Positions 12,340-25,941 of a stretch of 64,000 nt of DNA are shown one piece after another. Source of the stretch: Octopus sinensis (lineage: Eukaryota); assembly GCF_006345805.1 (NCBI RefSeq), contig NC_043009.1, positions 58,404,001-58,468,000 on the forward strand. Reading direction: 5' to 3'. Position 1 is the stretch's first letter. Every line of letters starts with the position of its first letter. Below the pieces are notes generated by a model. It was not told the origin of the DNA and ran no database searches. It saw nothing but the letters and a program-made list of their open reading frames with translations. Both the position numbers and the translations under genes were made by a program.

Positions 12340-13928
12340 CCCGACGGGATCCTTTGGTGTTTTATTCGTTGTAAATTTACCCTCTAGTATTATATATAAT
12401 AAATTCACCGGATATTATGTTATATGTTGAATTAAATTGCATTGCATATGCTATAAGCTATGTGATATGCTATATATAATTCTATCCCATCTTAACCCCT
12501 ACCTAGTTTGCCTGACTGCATCCTATTGTGGTAATTGTACAGCATCCTTTCTGTGATGTTTTACCCTATATTATGTATATTTGTAGTGACTTTATATAAG
12601 TAAGTCTCCTTTCGACTAAATCACATACCCGCTAGAAACTATAAAATCATACATACAATAACACCTGTAATATTATAACTTATATCATCTCTTCGATCCT
12701 AATACCTTAAATTGCCCTCACTACTTCCGTACCCCTTGACCCCACTTTTCGGGTTACCTGTATTTCTATCTTACTTCTACTTTTAATCTCATCGCTTTAT
12801 ATGTAGGTTACATGTATTTCTTAATATTTTCTATAAATTCTTATTATTTTGTTTTCTTATTTTGATATCCTTACCTATTAACATCTTATCCCTTATAAAT
12901 TTTCATTTTTCTCGTTCTTAAATAGATATTGTTCAGTACATAAATCTATGCAAGGTGGTTATACTGTATCCATATAAACGTATAAATATTTGTGTATGTG
13001 TATATATGCATATTTGCACATATATAAATGTGTATATATCTCTATGTATCTTTACATTTTCTGATTCATGGCTTAAAATTAATAGATAGTATGCATATAT
13101 TTCCAGTTACTCCATAAAGAAAATGCCCTGAGCAGTCTTTATAGAAACCATCTAATAAGTAAGTAATTAAGTCCATAAATGTATATTAAACTGATTCTAT
13201 GTAATCTTTCCTTTCCAATGTGTATAATTGATATATACACACCTTTTACCTATTTCGGTTATGATATTATTTTTGACATTCTTAGTAGTGGCTGTGTGGT
13301 AAGTAGCTCGCTTACCACGCTTGTGTGAGTTTGTCAGTCACTTACGAGAGTGAAAACTGTCAAGGCGTGCTTGGAAGCCGTCTTGAATTAAAGAACCGTT
13401 GAAGGCGCGACTGCAAGGTAGGCATCTGTCATTTTAGGGAGTCAGTGGGGAATTTTTATTTTTTTGATATTGTCTTTTTTCCTCGAATAAGAAATCCTCA
13501 CTGGGCTCTAGACGTTAAAACAAGTTCTAGGGTCAATGTTTTCGACTAAACGCTTCAACAAGGGCCCCCAACATGGGTGCAGAATAATGACTGAAACCAA
13601 TAAAGAAAAAGAAAAAATGTCTTATCCTTTGGGGCAGATTATTTTATTTTTATTTTTTTTTCTGTGTGCCTTTGAAGGAAGCAGCTCTGTTCACACCCGG
13701 TGAGAGACGAGAGTGTACCCGGTCTGAAGTAACCAGGTCATGCCATGGCACTATGTCACTCTTAGGATTCCATTAGACGATAAACACCTATGGCATAGAA
13801 TGACATATAATGGTTTATTTCAAATGACCCCACTTCTGTCATAAAAGACCACAGGATTGCACCTAGAAGGTTGCCCTTCGACGCACAGGTCTGGGCAAAT
13901 TCGTTTATGGACGATCAACTACATACCT

Positions 13929-14148
13929 ATTTCTTTACTACCCACAAGGGGCTAACCACAGAGAGGACAAACAAGGACAGACAAACGGATTAAGTCGTTT
14001 ATATCGACCCCATTGCGTAACTGATACTTAATTTATCGACCCCGAAAGGATGAAAGGTAAAGTCGACCTCGGCGGAATTTGAGCTGAGAACGAAATACCA
14101 CAAAGCATTTCGCCCGGCGTGCTAACGATTCTGCCAGCTCGCTGCCTT
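13929..14148 (-). mobile_element. SINE family B (MetaSINE-like central domain)
   Basis: Reverse complement of CTCAAATTCCGCCGAGGTCGACTTT.CCTTTCATCCTTTCGGGGTCGATAAATTAAGTA.CAG; the domain assignment is from memory. Confidence 0.75.
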
Positions 14149-14253
14149 AGCATTTCCCCTGGCGTGCTACCTCCTACAGTGTAACGACGGTTCTGTGCGG
14201 TTGTCTGGCTTGCTAGATATAGAAACCAAAATTTCTTCCGAAATACACTCAAT

Positions 14254-14572
14254 GGCACTCCACTGGCACTTCGTCGGCTACATCGAGGATGATTCCAGTT
14301 GATCCGACCAACGGATCAGCCAGCTCGTGAAATTAAACTGCAAATTAAACCACAAACACGCGTGCCCTTCACGTAGTTCTCAGGAAAATTCAGCGTTGCA
14401 TAGAGAATGACAAGACTGGCCCTTTGAAAGAAAGCTATAACTCATTTTATACAAGCTGAGAGGAGCAGTGTGAATTAAGGCGTCTTGCGCAAAAACACAA
14501 CGCGCTGTCGGGAATCGAACTCTCAACTGTACAGCAGTGAGCCAAATACCCTAAACGCTAACCACAGTGGGT
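14254..14572 (-). mobile_element. tRNA-derived SINE related to the 24932 family
   Basis: GGGAATCGAAC (reverse B-box) and GTCTTGCGCAAAAACACAAC segment shared with the SINE at 24932-25608. Confidence 0.6.
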
Positions 14573-14614
14573 GCAATGAAATATTGAATTATTTAGTTGC
14601 CAATATTTTCTTTA

Positions 14615-14921
14615 TGCGCCCTTTTTCAAGCCTAGTCATGCTCATGGGCTCGGTTTCCTGGTTTCTGTGGCGTATGTGCCCCCCACCCCAGCCGGACGCG
14701 ACGCCAGTCCATCGCCGCGTTACTCAAGAAACAAGAAGAAAGAGTGAGAGCAAGTTGGGGCGAAAGAGTACAACACTGGTCACCACCACCCCCTGGCGAA
14801 GCATCGTGGAGCTTATAGGTGTTTTCGCTCAATAAAACGACACAACGCCGGTCTGGGAATCGAAACCGCGATCCTCCGACCGCGAGTCCGCTGCCCTAAC
14901 CACTGGGCCATTGCGCCTCCA
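14615..14921 (-). mobile_element. tRNA-derived SINE, family C
   Basis: Minus-strand head GGAGGCGCAATGGCCCAGTGGTTAGGGCAGCGGAC...GGTTTCGATTCCC; sister copies at 15677, 33645, 33940, 35136 and 41568. Confidence 0.85.
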
Positions 14922-15676
14922 AAGTCACCAATACAATACGTTTCAAACAAAGATATTATGGCCAAGAGTTGGATCCCATTCATGGACTGTGTTTCATCAT
15001 AGACAACTATGATCCATACTCAGGGAACAACATCATTCATTCGGGCACCGTTAGATGGCGACACAATAAAATTAATACAATTATTACAATAAAATTAATA
15101 CAATTATTATCGTTAGATCACTAGCGTTATCACGAGGGCAGTTCCAATGTAATTAATGCCTACTTACACTGTAATATGGTAGCAAAATCCAGAGAGGAGC
15201 ACTAAGATAATAAAAACCAGCAAACGCACATGAATACACACATATAATTTTATTTATTTATTTATTTATGTGACCTTCCTGCATCACTTCATTTCAAATT
15301 GCAATTTACAATTCCAATTCATAGTTCGAGGGCATAATTACCTTCTTTTGTAACAATGATTACTTAAATTTTTCCATAAATATTTATATTTTTTATTATA
15401 ATATAATCAATAACTTCAATAGAACCTTTGTTTCACTTATAGCGCTGCTCAGTCCAGTGCAAATAAAGGGGTCCTTTCCTGTTTATCACAAATCTGAAAC
15501 GAACTGCAGGTCTGTCATATTACTATTCTTCTTGTAAACGGATGGACATGCACACACACACACACACATACACACACAAATGTGACGTCTAAGCCGCATA
15601 CTAATTGGTCGAACTACATTTAGAACTTACGCGCTCACCAAACCGTGATATATAACCCATGTTCTTTCTTCTTTCT

Positions 15677-15876
15677 TGCGCCCTTTTCAAGGCTAGCCAG
15701 GCTCATGGACCCGGTTTCCCGATAAAGAGTACTATAGGGGGCGCCACCAACCCCTGCCGGAGCCTCGTGGAGCTTTAGGTGTTTTCGCTCAATAAACACA
15801 CACAACGCCCGGAATCGAAACAGCGATCCTTCGACCGCGAGTCCGCTGCCCTAACCACTGGGCCATATTGCCTCCA
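15677..15876 (-). mobile_element. SINE family C, internally deleted
   Basis: Matches both ends of 14615-14921 but lacks about 100 nt. Confidence 0.8.
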
Positions 15877-16274
15877 CATAACCCACGTGTTGCTTGATAA
15901 AAATATATAGTTCGTAAGATTCAGCTAGGTGGAGCCCATCGGAAGGTATTTAAACGATAAATCCAACAATTCCACTACAGTTGTTGATGGCAGAACACCA
16001 CAGCCTCTACATAATCCTGGTGATCGTGAAACACATGAAGGTAATAGTTCATTTCAATATATCAAAATTGTAAAATTGTAGAAATTGTGAATAATATAAC
16101 GGGAAAATTATACCATAGATTAATATATGTGTATATATGTGTATGTGTGTGTGTGTGTGAGTGCGTGTGTGTGTGTGTTTGTGTGTGTGTGTATGTGTGT
16201 GTGTGTGTGTGTAATTAGTAGATATACCTAGGATTTGCTGGGGATGAAAATAGCATGGTTGTTTTTATTGTTTT

Positions 16275-16575
16275 AATTCTTTCTGTCATGTGTCTCTGAC
16301 CATGGTGAAGCACCGCTTTTGGTAGAGCAAATCGACCACAGGGTATATTCTTTATAAGACTAGTACTGATTCTATCAGTGACTTTTGCCGAACCCCTAAT
16401 TTATGGGAAGGTAAAAACAACATCGGTTGTCTAGCAATGCTAGGAGTAAAATCACAGACACAGACACATACGAATACACACACACACAATACATATATAT
16501 AATATATACGACATACTTCTTTCAGTTTGTGTGTAAGAAATCCACCCTTTAGGCTTCGCTTGATCTGAGGCTATA
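16275..16575 (-). mobile_element. SINE family A, diverged
   Basis: Similarity to 10141-10460. Confidence 0.7.
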
Positions 16576-16673
16576 AAATATATTATATATATATTATATA
16601 TATATGCACATACATATATACATATGTATATATATATATATGCACATACATATATACATATGTATATATATAT

Positions 16674-16706
<33 letters not shown>

Positions 16707-16960
16707 CTATATATATATAAATCCATAATGAAAGTAATTCAAATTGAAACTATATAATAGTGAAAATACTAATATAGATGGCATGGTTAGAGATAAGAGA
16801 TTGCTCCGAGCTCGCATTAAGCAAGAAAATTAAAATTGAGTATGATACTGCATGGATCCTAACGTAAGAGATTTTTGAATGAAATCTTTCGGGTAGTTCT
16901 CGAGATTTTATTGTTGCATACGGACAAAAAGACAGACACTCATTCTCAGTTATATATATA

Positions 16961-17168
16961 GTTAGTTAATCCAAACAAGAAAACACAAAAAAACACAACA
17001 ACGCGAGGACGTGGAACAAATATAGTATTATTGGACGCTCAGGAAAGAAGGAAAGAAGGAGGGTTTAACGTTTCGAGCGGAGCTCTTCGTTGGAAACATA
17101 GGAGAAGGAAAGATCCAGAGAAGGGAAGACAGAGGAAAAAATCGCCAACGGTACACACGAGGTCACAT
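16961..17168 (-). mobile_element. Penelope-like terminal fragment, family F2, with degraded hammerhead at 17063-17097
   Basis: Minus strand: gttt-CCAACGA-A-GAGC-tcc-GCTC-GAAA-CG-TT-aaac; homologous to 49597-49805 and 31100-31200. Confidence 0.65.
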
Positions 17169-17414
17169 TTATATATATATATATTGTTACTCTCTCAAAT
17201 TTCACTTGAATTTAGATGAAGAAAAATGGAGCGTGTATCAGTATACTTGCTAAATTGTCTGAGCAATTATACTTAAAGGAAAAAAACCTCAAAAGTAAAA
17301 GAAAAAAAGACACGACATGCAGTTGTATGAACTAAACATTTGTTTCGATTTGAGGTGCAACACTAGATGGCGTCTGACAAGCTCAGCAGTAAATAATAAT
17401 GTCGATGACAAAAG

Positions 17415-17442
17415 TAACAATGATAATAATAATAACAATAAC

Positions 17443-17492
<50 letters not shown>

Positions 17493-17680
17493 CAACAACA
17501 ACAACAATAACAATAACAATAATAATAATAATAATAATAATGATAATAATAATAATGAGAAGAAGAAGAAGAAGAAGAAGAAGAAGAAGAAGAAGAAGAA
17601 GAAGAAGAAGAAGAAGAAGAAGAAGAAGAAGAAGAAGAAGAAGAAGAAGAAGAAGAAGAAGAAGAAGAAGAAGAAGAAGA
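17415..17680. repeat. (AAT)n followed by about 41 GAA units
   Basis: Direct reading. Confidence 0.95.
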
Positions 17681-18317
17681 ATTATTATGTTAGGAATTCG
17701 CTGCATTCAACACTCAGGTCCTTCATCTCTGTTTCCGTCTCCCTCTAACTGCGAGTTCCTGACTCAACAAATATGATTGTTTGATGAATCGATGTTATCT
17801 CACTATACACAGAGAATAATGCAATACCCAATTAAGATGTCATATGTTCCTTAATTTCCTTCCTTACGACTAAGCGGAAGCGTAATACTTGTTCTAACAC
17901 GAAATATCTGATATGCCAACCATATTTAATAATGCCTTAGTCTTTTCGTCTAGCAAAGTTGTATCTTTGGTGAAAATCAGCGGCAATTTACGAATATAAT
18001 AACACGCTAAATTCTGTTGGACATAGCAAGAAAACAATTCTTTCTGTAAGTGATCTAGATAACTGTCAATGGATACAATCTTTGCAGTATATTGATTTGT
18101 TATTAAGTCACGAGATCCCACATATGTTTGAGTCTCCTGTAGGAAATTGGGAACTCTTTGAACGAGGTATTGGCAATTATAACGGTGAGAGTTTCAGACT
18201 ATTGCTGTATGCAGAAATATCCAAAAGATTGCAGAATGTATATTTGTTTGATTGCATGCATTCGCATATGTTATGCCTTCAAGCATTCACCTGTATACGT
18301 ATGTATAGCTATTTTTG

Positions 18318-18585
18318 CTCTTTTACTCTTTTACTTTTTCCAGTCGTTTCACTGTGGCCATGCTGTAGCATCGCCTTTAGTCGAGCAAATCGAGCCCCAG
18401 GACTTATTTTTTGTAAGCCTAGTATTCATTCTATCGGTCTCTTTTTGCCGAACCGCTAAGTTACGGGGACGGAAACACACCAGCATCGGTTGTCAAGTGA
18501 TGTTGGGGTGACAAACACAGATACACAAACATATACACACACACTTATATAATACATACACACATACATACATATTTACATACAT

Positions 18586-18642
<57 letters not shown>

Positions 18643-18806
18643 ACGGACTTCTTTCAGTTTCCGTCTACCAAATCCACTCACAAAGCTTTGGTCGTTCCTA
18701 GGCCATAATGAAAAACACTTGCCTAAGGTGCAAGGGATTGAACACGGAATCATGTGGTTCATAAGCAAGCTACTAACTAACTTACTACACAGCCACTTCT
18801 ACGCCT
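18318..18806 (-). mobile_element. SINE family A
   Basis: Reverse complement similarity to 3933-4344. Confidence 0.8.
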
Positions 18807-19460
18807 ATTTGTATACGAATTCGTTCACTATTTTATAATTGGCGTTTTAAATTACGTTTCCACAGGGCAACCTACCCAGACTAAAAAAAGAATAATAATG
18901 ATATACTGAGTAAAAATATTTTTCAGCGAAAGGTACTCTTGTCCTCCTTTTGTCCTTTGCCTAACCAGTTATTCTTTGGATTTTGCGAATGTTTCAAAGA
19001 GTATTTTCCTTCCCTATCGTGTATTAAAGCGCAGCGTATTAATTTATGGAGCAATATTCTATCTCTAAGAATCCAACGCCGGCCACAGCTTGATTCAGCA
19101 AAGCTAGTTATATACCATGCAGGTCTAATAATAATACATATATACGGCTGAATGTGAGTATTCAGTACTGCATTCGTAGGTTTTATCAATGATACATCGA
19201 TGTCATCCTCTTCTCGATTCTTACTTCAACATCAGAGCTGCTTCCATTTAAAAGTTACCGATAATACGGCCGCTGGTTTGGATTATTATTTTTTTTTTTC
19301 AGTTTTCTCGGGTTCACCTAATATTACTTTGATTGAAGTAACAATTTACTATAAAGCGGCTAATTGACGAACGAAATCCTCAGATTTTTAAAGTCCGGCA
19401 CTCGATGCTCTGTGTTCAAATACAACCGAAATTAGGTGTCAAGAAATAAAATATACGAGC

Positions 19461-19528
<68 letters not shown>

Positions 19529-19543
19529 TAATAATGATAGTAG

Positions 19544-20048
19544 ATGCCCTGATGCAGTACCAGGCACTGGCTCTTGTGGCTTCTGATCTTAACTGATTGG
19601 AAGTGTTATCATGTACATTGTTTTGTCTTGGTATAAAAGATGGCCTACAGCAAACATTTTGTTCAATACCACAGATCTGCTTGTCAATTGTTTGACCGTA
19701 ACCAGTTGAGCATGTCCCTTAGTTGCTGACGATATGTGCATCTCTGATCATGAGCAGAAGTAGTAGGAGAGCATCATAGCCATGTTTTGAGAGGGATTCT
19801 TTGCTGTTTGAATAATTCACCTCTCAGGGACCTTTTGAGCGGGATGGGTTATTCGACCAGAATAAAATTCTAACTGAGCACCACCTGCAAGATCATGTGC
19901 TGTTTATCTTGATATGATATCACCATGTCGCACACATATGGTTGTGATGCATGTGCCTAGTGTAAACTTATCAAACGGGTAGTCAATATGGGTATACTGG
20001 CCTTCGTATATTTTTACTCCAGTGTCACTTTGAGGGCATGCACTGCTC

Positions 20049-20049
<1 letters not shown>
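19544..20049 (+). mobile_element. Non-coding interspersed element, family D, embedded in (TAA)n
   Basis: Highly similar to 51117-51672 with the same 5' start ATGCCCTGATGCAGTACCAGG; (TAA)n on both sides. Confidence 0.8.
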
Positions 20050-20138
<89 letters not shown>

Positions 20139-20739
20139 TAATAATAATAACAATAATAATGGTTTCAAATTTCGACACAAGGTTAACAAGTTCTGGAAAA
20201 AGTGTCAGTCGGCTACATTGACCCTAGTGTTCAACTGGTACTTATTTTACCAACCCGAAAATGATGAGAGGCAAAGTCAACTTCGGCAGATTTTTAGCTC
20301 AGATCAAATCATACTAACAGTTGCATCTTCTGAGTTATTTATTTTCTTCAATTCCCAGTAACGTGTGAAATTAGGTATTTCTTTGAAACAACTTTTCCTT
20401 AGTGTTCATCAATTTCTTCTTAAGCATGTTGTTATAGAAAACATATCTTGTGACGACATGAGGACATTTTGGAGATTAATTTAACGACGTTGCTGAATAG
20501 GTTATTCAAATTGATAAGAGCGGTTTTAGAAATGTTGACAATATACTCGGATGCTTATCTTCGTTCTCTGTGAGGCTTATATCTGTCTGTGGCGAAATCT
20601 AATGTAGCATACGAGAGAATGGTACGATGTTTTGATTATATAGCAATTTCGATGTTTAGTCACCATTCCTTGAAACTACTAAGTATGTCTCCAGGTTTGG
20701 TCTCTTTCTTAATGTACCTTAGTATTATCTGAGATATGA

Positions 20740-21182
20740 GGCACCGAGCTGACAGAACGGATACGCGCTGGGCAAAAGGCTTAGCGGTATTTCGTCTGTC
20801 TTTACGTTCTGAGTTCAAATTCCGCTGATGTCGACTTTGCCGTTCAACCATTCGCGGTCGATAAATTAAGTACCAGTTGCGTACTGAGGTCGATCGATTC
20901 GACTGCCCTCCCCCACCAAAAACATTCGGGCCTTGTGCCTAGAATAGAAAAGAATATTACCTGAGATATAAGGCAGCTAGCTAGCAGAACGGATACGCGC
21001 TGGGCAAAAGGCTTTGCTGCATTTCGTCTGTCTTAACGTTCTGAGTCCAAATTCCGCCGAGGTTGATTTGACTTATAACCTTTTGGGTTCAATAAAATGA
21101 ATACTGGTTGAATACTGTGGTCGATATAATCGATTTGCTCTTCCTTTAAATTTGCTTGCCTTGTGCCAAGATTTGAAACCAA
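20740..21182 (+). mobile_element. Two tandem SINE family B copies (about 20740-20956 and 20971-21182)
   Basis: Repeated CAGAACGGATACGCGCTGGGCAAAAGGC head followed by the family B core. Confidence 0.8.
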
Positions 21183-21543
21183 TGCTATCTGAAATAGTTA
21201 TGCTGTCGTCACTGTACATTCTTCTATCCGATGATATTTAATTCGATGAAGGCGACGTGCTGATAGAATTGTTAGCACAGGGACAAGATGCTTAGTGCTA
21301 CATACATTCTGAGTTCAACTACCCTCACAGTCAAATATGCGTTTCGTCCTCTCGGGCACGACGAAACGTATCATTAGAGTACTGAAGTCGATGCAATTAA
21401 CAAGGCTCATCAATCAAACTTCCATGTCTTCTGACAATATTAGAAATGATATCTACTTCGACGAAATTGGAAAATTCGGTAAAATTCAGATGACACACAT
21501 TGATATTGCATAAAAGAATGTATTATGTATGTATATATATATA

Positions 21544-22802
21544 CGAGGGACGTTCAATAAGTAATGTCTCTGACCCACTTACAGTTGTTTGATCTAGCTG
21601 AAATTTATATCTTTATAGAGTAAGTGGCAAATTATAGCTCTGAATTAATTGTGGTTTCTGATTTACAGGAGTCAAGTGTGAAATGGAGCCTGTTGAGTGT
21701 CGAGCAGTGATCCGGTTTTTGTATTTGAAAGGACGCACACCACGGAGACTTTTGATGAAATGAAAGTAACTTATGGTGATGATGCCCCATCATATGACCT
21801 TGTAAAACGCTGGCATCGTGAATTCAAACATGGTCGGAACTCTGTGGAAACAGCTCCCAGATCTGGTCGCCCCCTTCTGCCATTGATGAGGCATCTGTCC
21901 GTCAAGTTGAGGCTGCCATTTTGGAAGATCGACGCATAATTACTCGCCAAATAGCCCATGAGGTCAAGATTAGTACCGGGTCTGTGGAAACCAATTATTC
22001 ATGACAATTTGCATATGCAAAAGGTGTCTGCCAGATGGATTCCCAGGTTGCTCACGCCTTTCCAGAAGCAAGAACGCGTCGAGTGCTCGAGGGTGAATTT
22101 GGAGATGTGCCAAGATGAGTCAAAATTTTTCAAAAGACTGATTACACAGGATGAAAGCTGGGTCCATCACGATGATCCAGAGACCAAAACCCAGTCAATG
22201 CAGTGGAAGCACCGTGAATCACCCCCTCCAAAGAAGGCAAGGGTGCAGCCCTCCGCTGGCAAGGTCATGCTCACAGTCTTCTGGGACCAGGACGGAGTAG
22301 TGATGACAGATTTCCTGGCAAAGGGTACCACAATTGCAGGAGCCTATTATGCTTCACTTTTGAGGAAATTAAGAGAAGTTATCAAATTCAAGAGGCGGGG
22401 CAAGATCCGCAAAGGCATCCTCCTCCTGCAGGACAACGCTCCGGTCCACAACTCGCTTGTCGCCAGATCAGAAGCACAGGCGTATGGCTATGAACTCCTC
22501 CCCACCCACCTACTTTCCTGACCTTGCACCCTCTGATTTTCACCTCTTCCCAATCAAGAAGTTGTTTTTGAAAGGAAAGCGTTTCCCAGATGATGCAGCC
22601 TTGACTTCTGAAGTCACGTTGAGGTTGGAGGACCAAGCTGGGTTCTTCTACAAAAACGGTCTCCAGAGCCGCATCAACCGATGGGAGAAATGCGTAACTC
22701 TGGGTGGTTCCTATGTAGAAAAATACTAATAACTGTGCCAAGTTCCGTTGCTCTACTGCTATGGGAAGTGGGTCAGGGGCATTACTTATTGAACGCCCCT
22801 CG
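21544..22802 (+). mobile_element. Full-length mariner (DD34D) transposon, 1259 bp
   Basis: 37-bp TIRs at 21544-21580 and 22766-22802 (34/37 identical); TA target duplication at 21542-43 and 22803-04. Confidence 0.95.
21683..22729 (+). pseudogene. Mariner transposase, frameshifted
   Basis: MEPVECRAVIRFLYLKG..., RSGRP, WIPRLL, ITQDESW, LLQDNAPVH, YFPDLAPSDF, RWEKCVTLGGSYVEK, spread over several frames. Confidence 0.92.
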
Positions 22803-23024
22803 TACACTTACAAATGCACACACTAATGCATACGTAATAATCTTTTCGCTCTCTGTCTCTCTGTATATAAATACTTTATTACATTGAGGGCTATTACTCT
22901 ACGTAAGCCACGCGTGTGGCTTTATTCACAGTAAAAGTCCTTAATATAATAATGTATTTAAAAAAAAATTATATGCTTTGTATTAAATTTTACCATCTTT
23001 GGTTTTACACGTTGAGATGTTTAA

Positions 23025-23066
<42 letters not shown>

Positions 23067-23300
23067 CAGTCTACTGGTAAAATTCAGGCTATAACATTTG
23101 TTGAAAGTTACGATATTATTTCCACGTAAGCTGAACATAGTTTTCGTATGATTCCGTAACTTCGAAATTTCTTTTATTCTAAAGAGGAAGGTAGTGAGTT
23201 AGAAGAATCGTTAACACGCTGGACAAACTGCTCAAAGGTATTTCACCAGTCTTTACGTTCTGAGTGCAAATTCCTGCTGCGGTCGATTTTGCATTTCATC

Positions 23301-23367
<67 letters not shown>

Positions 23368-24931
23368 GTAGAAATACATATGAGCATGCACAGACACAGA
23401 TTCACATATACAAACACAAACCCAGAGGAGAAATGAAGATAAATGGAAATTTATATTATTTGCCCCTACGTAAGTTTCCCCATTGTGGCTTAATGGATCC
23501 CAGCAGCAGGCATTCCCGATTTTGTCATAGCACATGAATTTTTTACTCGTTTGGTTAGTCGGCAACGAGAATCAGAGAAGCAGCATTTAAAGAATCTTCG
23601 ATCTCTATAAAATAAATACAATCTACTTTCATGTGTTAGGTACATATACGTTAGTATTTAAACACGGACATACAAACATACATGCGTGTAGCATATATTA
23701 ATACAATTATGTATATATATTTGTGAATGTGACCATATTTCTGTGTGTGTGTGTGTGTGTGTGTGTATGCAGTGAGAGAAAGAGAGAGATGGAGAGAGAA
23801 TAATTGAAATAAAACAATCGATGCTATATAGCTGAAAATAAAAACATGGTAGTATAATATACGCTTATTTTAATACACATCTATCTTGAGATGTTTTTAA
23901 TTCACTTAAAGTTATGTTATATAATATTAATAAATATTTCTCCAAACTCTAACTTCGGTACTTTCTGCTTAAAAGATGCATTCTCTTAGTCTGTATGGGG
24001 GAATATTTTCGCAAACACGAGCAAAAAAACTGACACAACCATACATAAACGGACAGACATATGCATACTTGCGTGTGAGTGTGTAAGTATATATATATAT
24101 ATATATATATATTTCTGTATGTGCATATGTGTGAATGCATGGATGTAATGTTTATGTGTATATAGATGCTTACATAAAAACATTACATACTTAACTGTCC
24201 TCTCTGTAGTATTATGTTTGTTCGGTAAACAAGAAATGAACAGATATATCTGTTGCTATTTTTCGCACTGAAATTGTTGTTTACAACAAACCGTTGTTAC
24301 AACATTTCAAAATATTTTTTTCTTCCTTCGTTTTTCATAATTTAAAAAATAAAAAAAAAACGATATTTTTTCTTCCTCCTTATCTATCAATCTAATAATC
24401 TGCTAATTTCTTTTTTTTGCGTTTTCTCTTTCGCATTTAGTTTTCAGACGTAATTCTTATCAATACATCGATTTAACAGAGGATATATTGTTTTGTTGAT
24501 TTGTTTGTTTTCTACTTTCATTATACATTAACGGAAGTCAACAAAACAATGCCAAATGTAGAACAGACGAAAATAAAAATCTGCCCAGTTAAATTGCTCT
24601 AAGGAAGTATTCTGTCTCAGACATTCACACATGTATGTGAGAGTCCGAGTATGGCGTTTTAAGTAGAATTTATTTTACAGCGAGAAACTGTCAGTTTATT
24701 CTGACTTAAATGTTAGTCTGTGGAAAGGAGTGCTATCGATTCCTGCATGTACGTATGTATGTATGTATGTATGTATGTATGTATGTATGTATGTATGTAT
24801 GTAGGTAGGTATGTAGGTATGTAGGTATGTATGTGTGTGTATGTAGGTATGTATGTATGTATGTATGTATGTATGTATGTATGTATGTATGTATCTATGT
24901 ATGTATGTATGTTTGTATGTATGTATGTGAA

Positions 24932-25608
24932 GGCGCATAGCTCGGTGGTTAGGGCGTCGAGGTTACGATCGTGAAGTTGTGAGTTCTATTCCCGGACCGG
25001 GCTGCATAAGTTAAGTTAAGTTAAGTTAAATTTTTGGCTCAAAAAGCAAAAAGCAAGGCCATGTAGGGGGACATGGAGTTATGTACAGGGTGGTGTTCAT
25101 GCAAAGAGTTCAGGCCATTTGTAGTCAAGGGAGACTTTGAACCGAGCGGTTGTCGGCATCTTCACTATCTCGTCCGGCAGCTTATTGCACAGATCCGCAA
25201 ACCGGACGGAGAAAGCCCCTCTCCTTCGATTGAGATGAAATCGTCGCAGATAGAGCTTTTCGGAGTGACCCCGCAGCCGACGCTCTGGAGCAGGAGTGAA
25301 GAACAGCTCTTTCGAGAGGTTACACTTTCCGCTCATGAGATCACCACGGCGTGCATGTTGTGTTCTTGAGCAAGACACTTTATTTCATTTTGTTTCAGTG
25401 AACAAATCTGTAGAAATGAGTTGCGACATCTCTGGTGCCAAGCTCTATCGGCCTTTTCTTTTCCCTTGGATAACACCGGTGACGTGGAGAGGGGAGGCTG
25501 GTATGCATGGGCGACTGCTGGTCTTCTTTAAACAACTTTGCCCAGGCTTGTACCTCGGAGGGTAACATTCTAGGTGCAATCCAATGGTCATTCATGACCG
25601 AAGGGGCT
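24932..25608 (+). mobile_element. tRNA-derived SINE interrupted by a LINE fragment
   Basis: Head GGCGCATAGCTCGGTGGTTAG...GAGTTCTATTCCC at 24932-25007; the body resumes at 25352 (GTTGTGTTCTTGAGCAAGACAC). Confidence 0.75.
25008..25351 (-). mobile_element. CR1/L2-type LINE 3' fragment
   Basis: RLRGHSEKLYLRRFHLNRRRGAFSVRFADLCNKLPDEIV...FKVSLD resembles the CR1 ORF2 C-terminus; (TTAAC)n 3' tail; TGCAT direct repeat on both sides. Confidence 0.8.
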
Positions 25609-25648
25609 CCTCGTGTATTTATGTATCTATCTATCTATCCATCTATCC

Positions 25649-25706
<58 letters not shown>

Positions 25707-25941
25707 TTTTTCTCCCTTTCCCTTTTTTTTCCTCTCCCCCCTATTTTTGTCCTTTACGATCCCTTTTGATCGAAAACCAACCCCCCTTTTTTACCCCCCA
25801 AAGAAAAGCTCTACCTTGCAATTTGTCCTGTCTGTGTGCAGCCCTGTGTGGCTAATAAAGAAACATATTTATATTCTGTGTGCACCTATACTTGTATGTA
25901 TTTATATATGTATAATGTATGTAAAATATATCTATATGAAA

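Noticed and set aside
14840-14921. tRNA gene-like sequence (also at about 24932, 34180 and 35380)
   Set aside because: These are SINE heads that run into repeat bodies; I could not build a complete cloverleaf.
16825-16875. Faint U6 snRNA similarity (TAAAATTG..GATAC..GCATGG)
   Set aside because: Needs a gap of about 10 nt and many mismatches; not distinguishable from chance by eye.
17894-18121. Non-repetitive 75-aa ORF on the minus strand
   Set aside because: No recognisable motif or splice context.
23462-23511. Possible minus-strand hammerhead (CCATT/AATGG stem, GAAACTTACGTA)
   Set aside because: The core reads CTGCTGG and stems I and III pair poorly.
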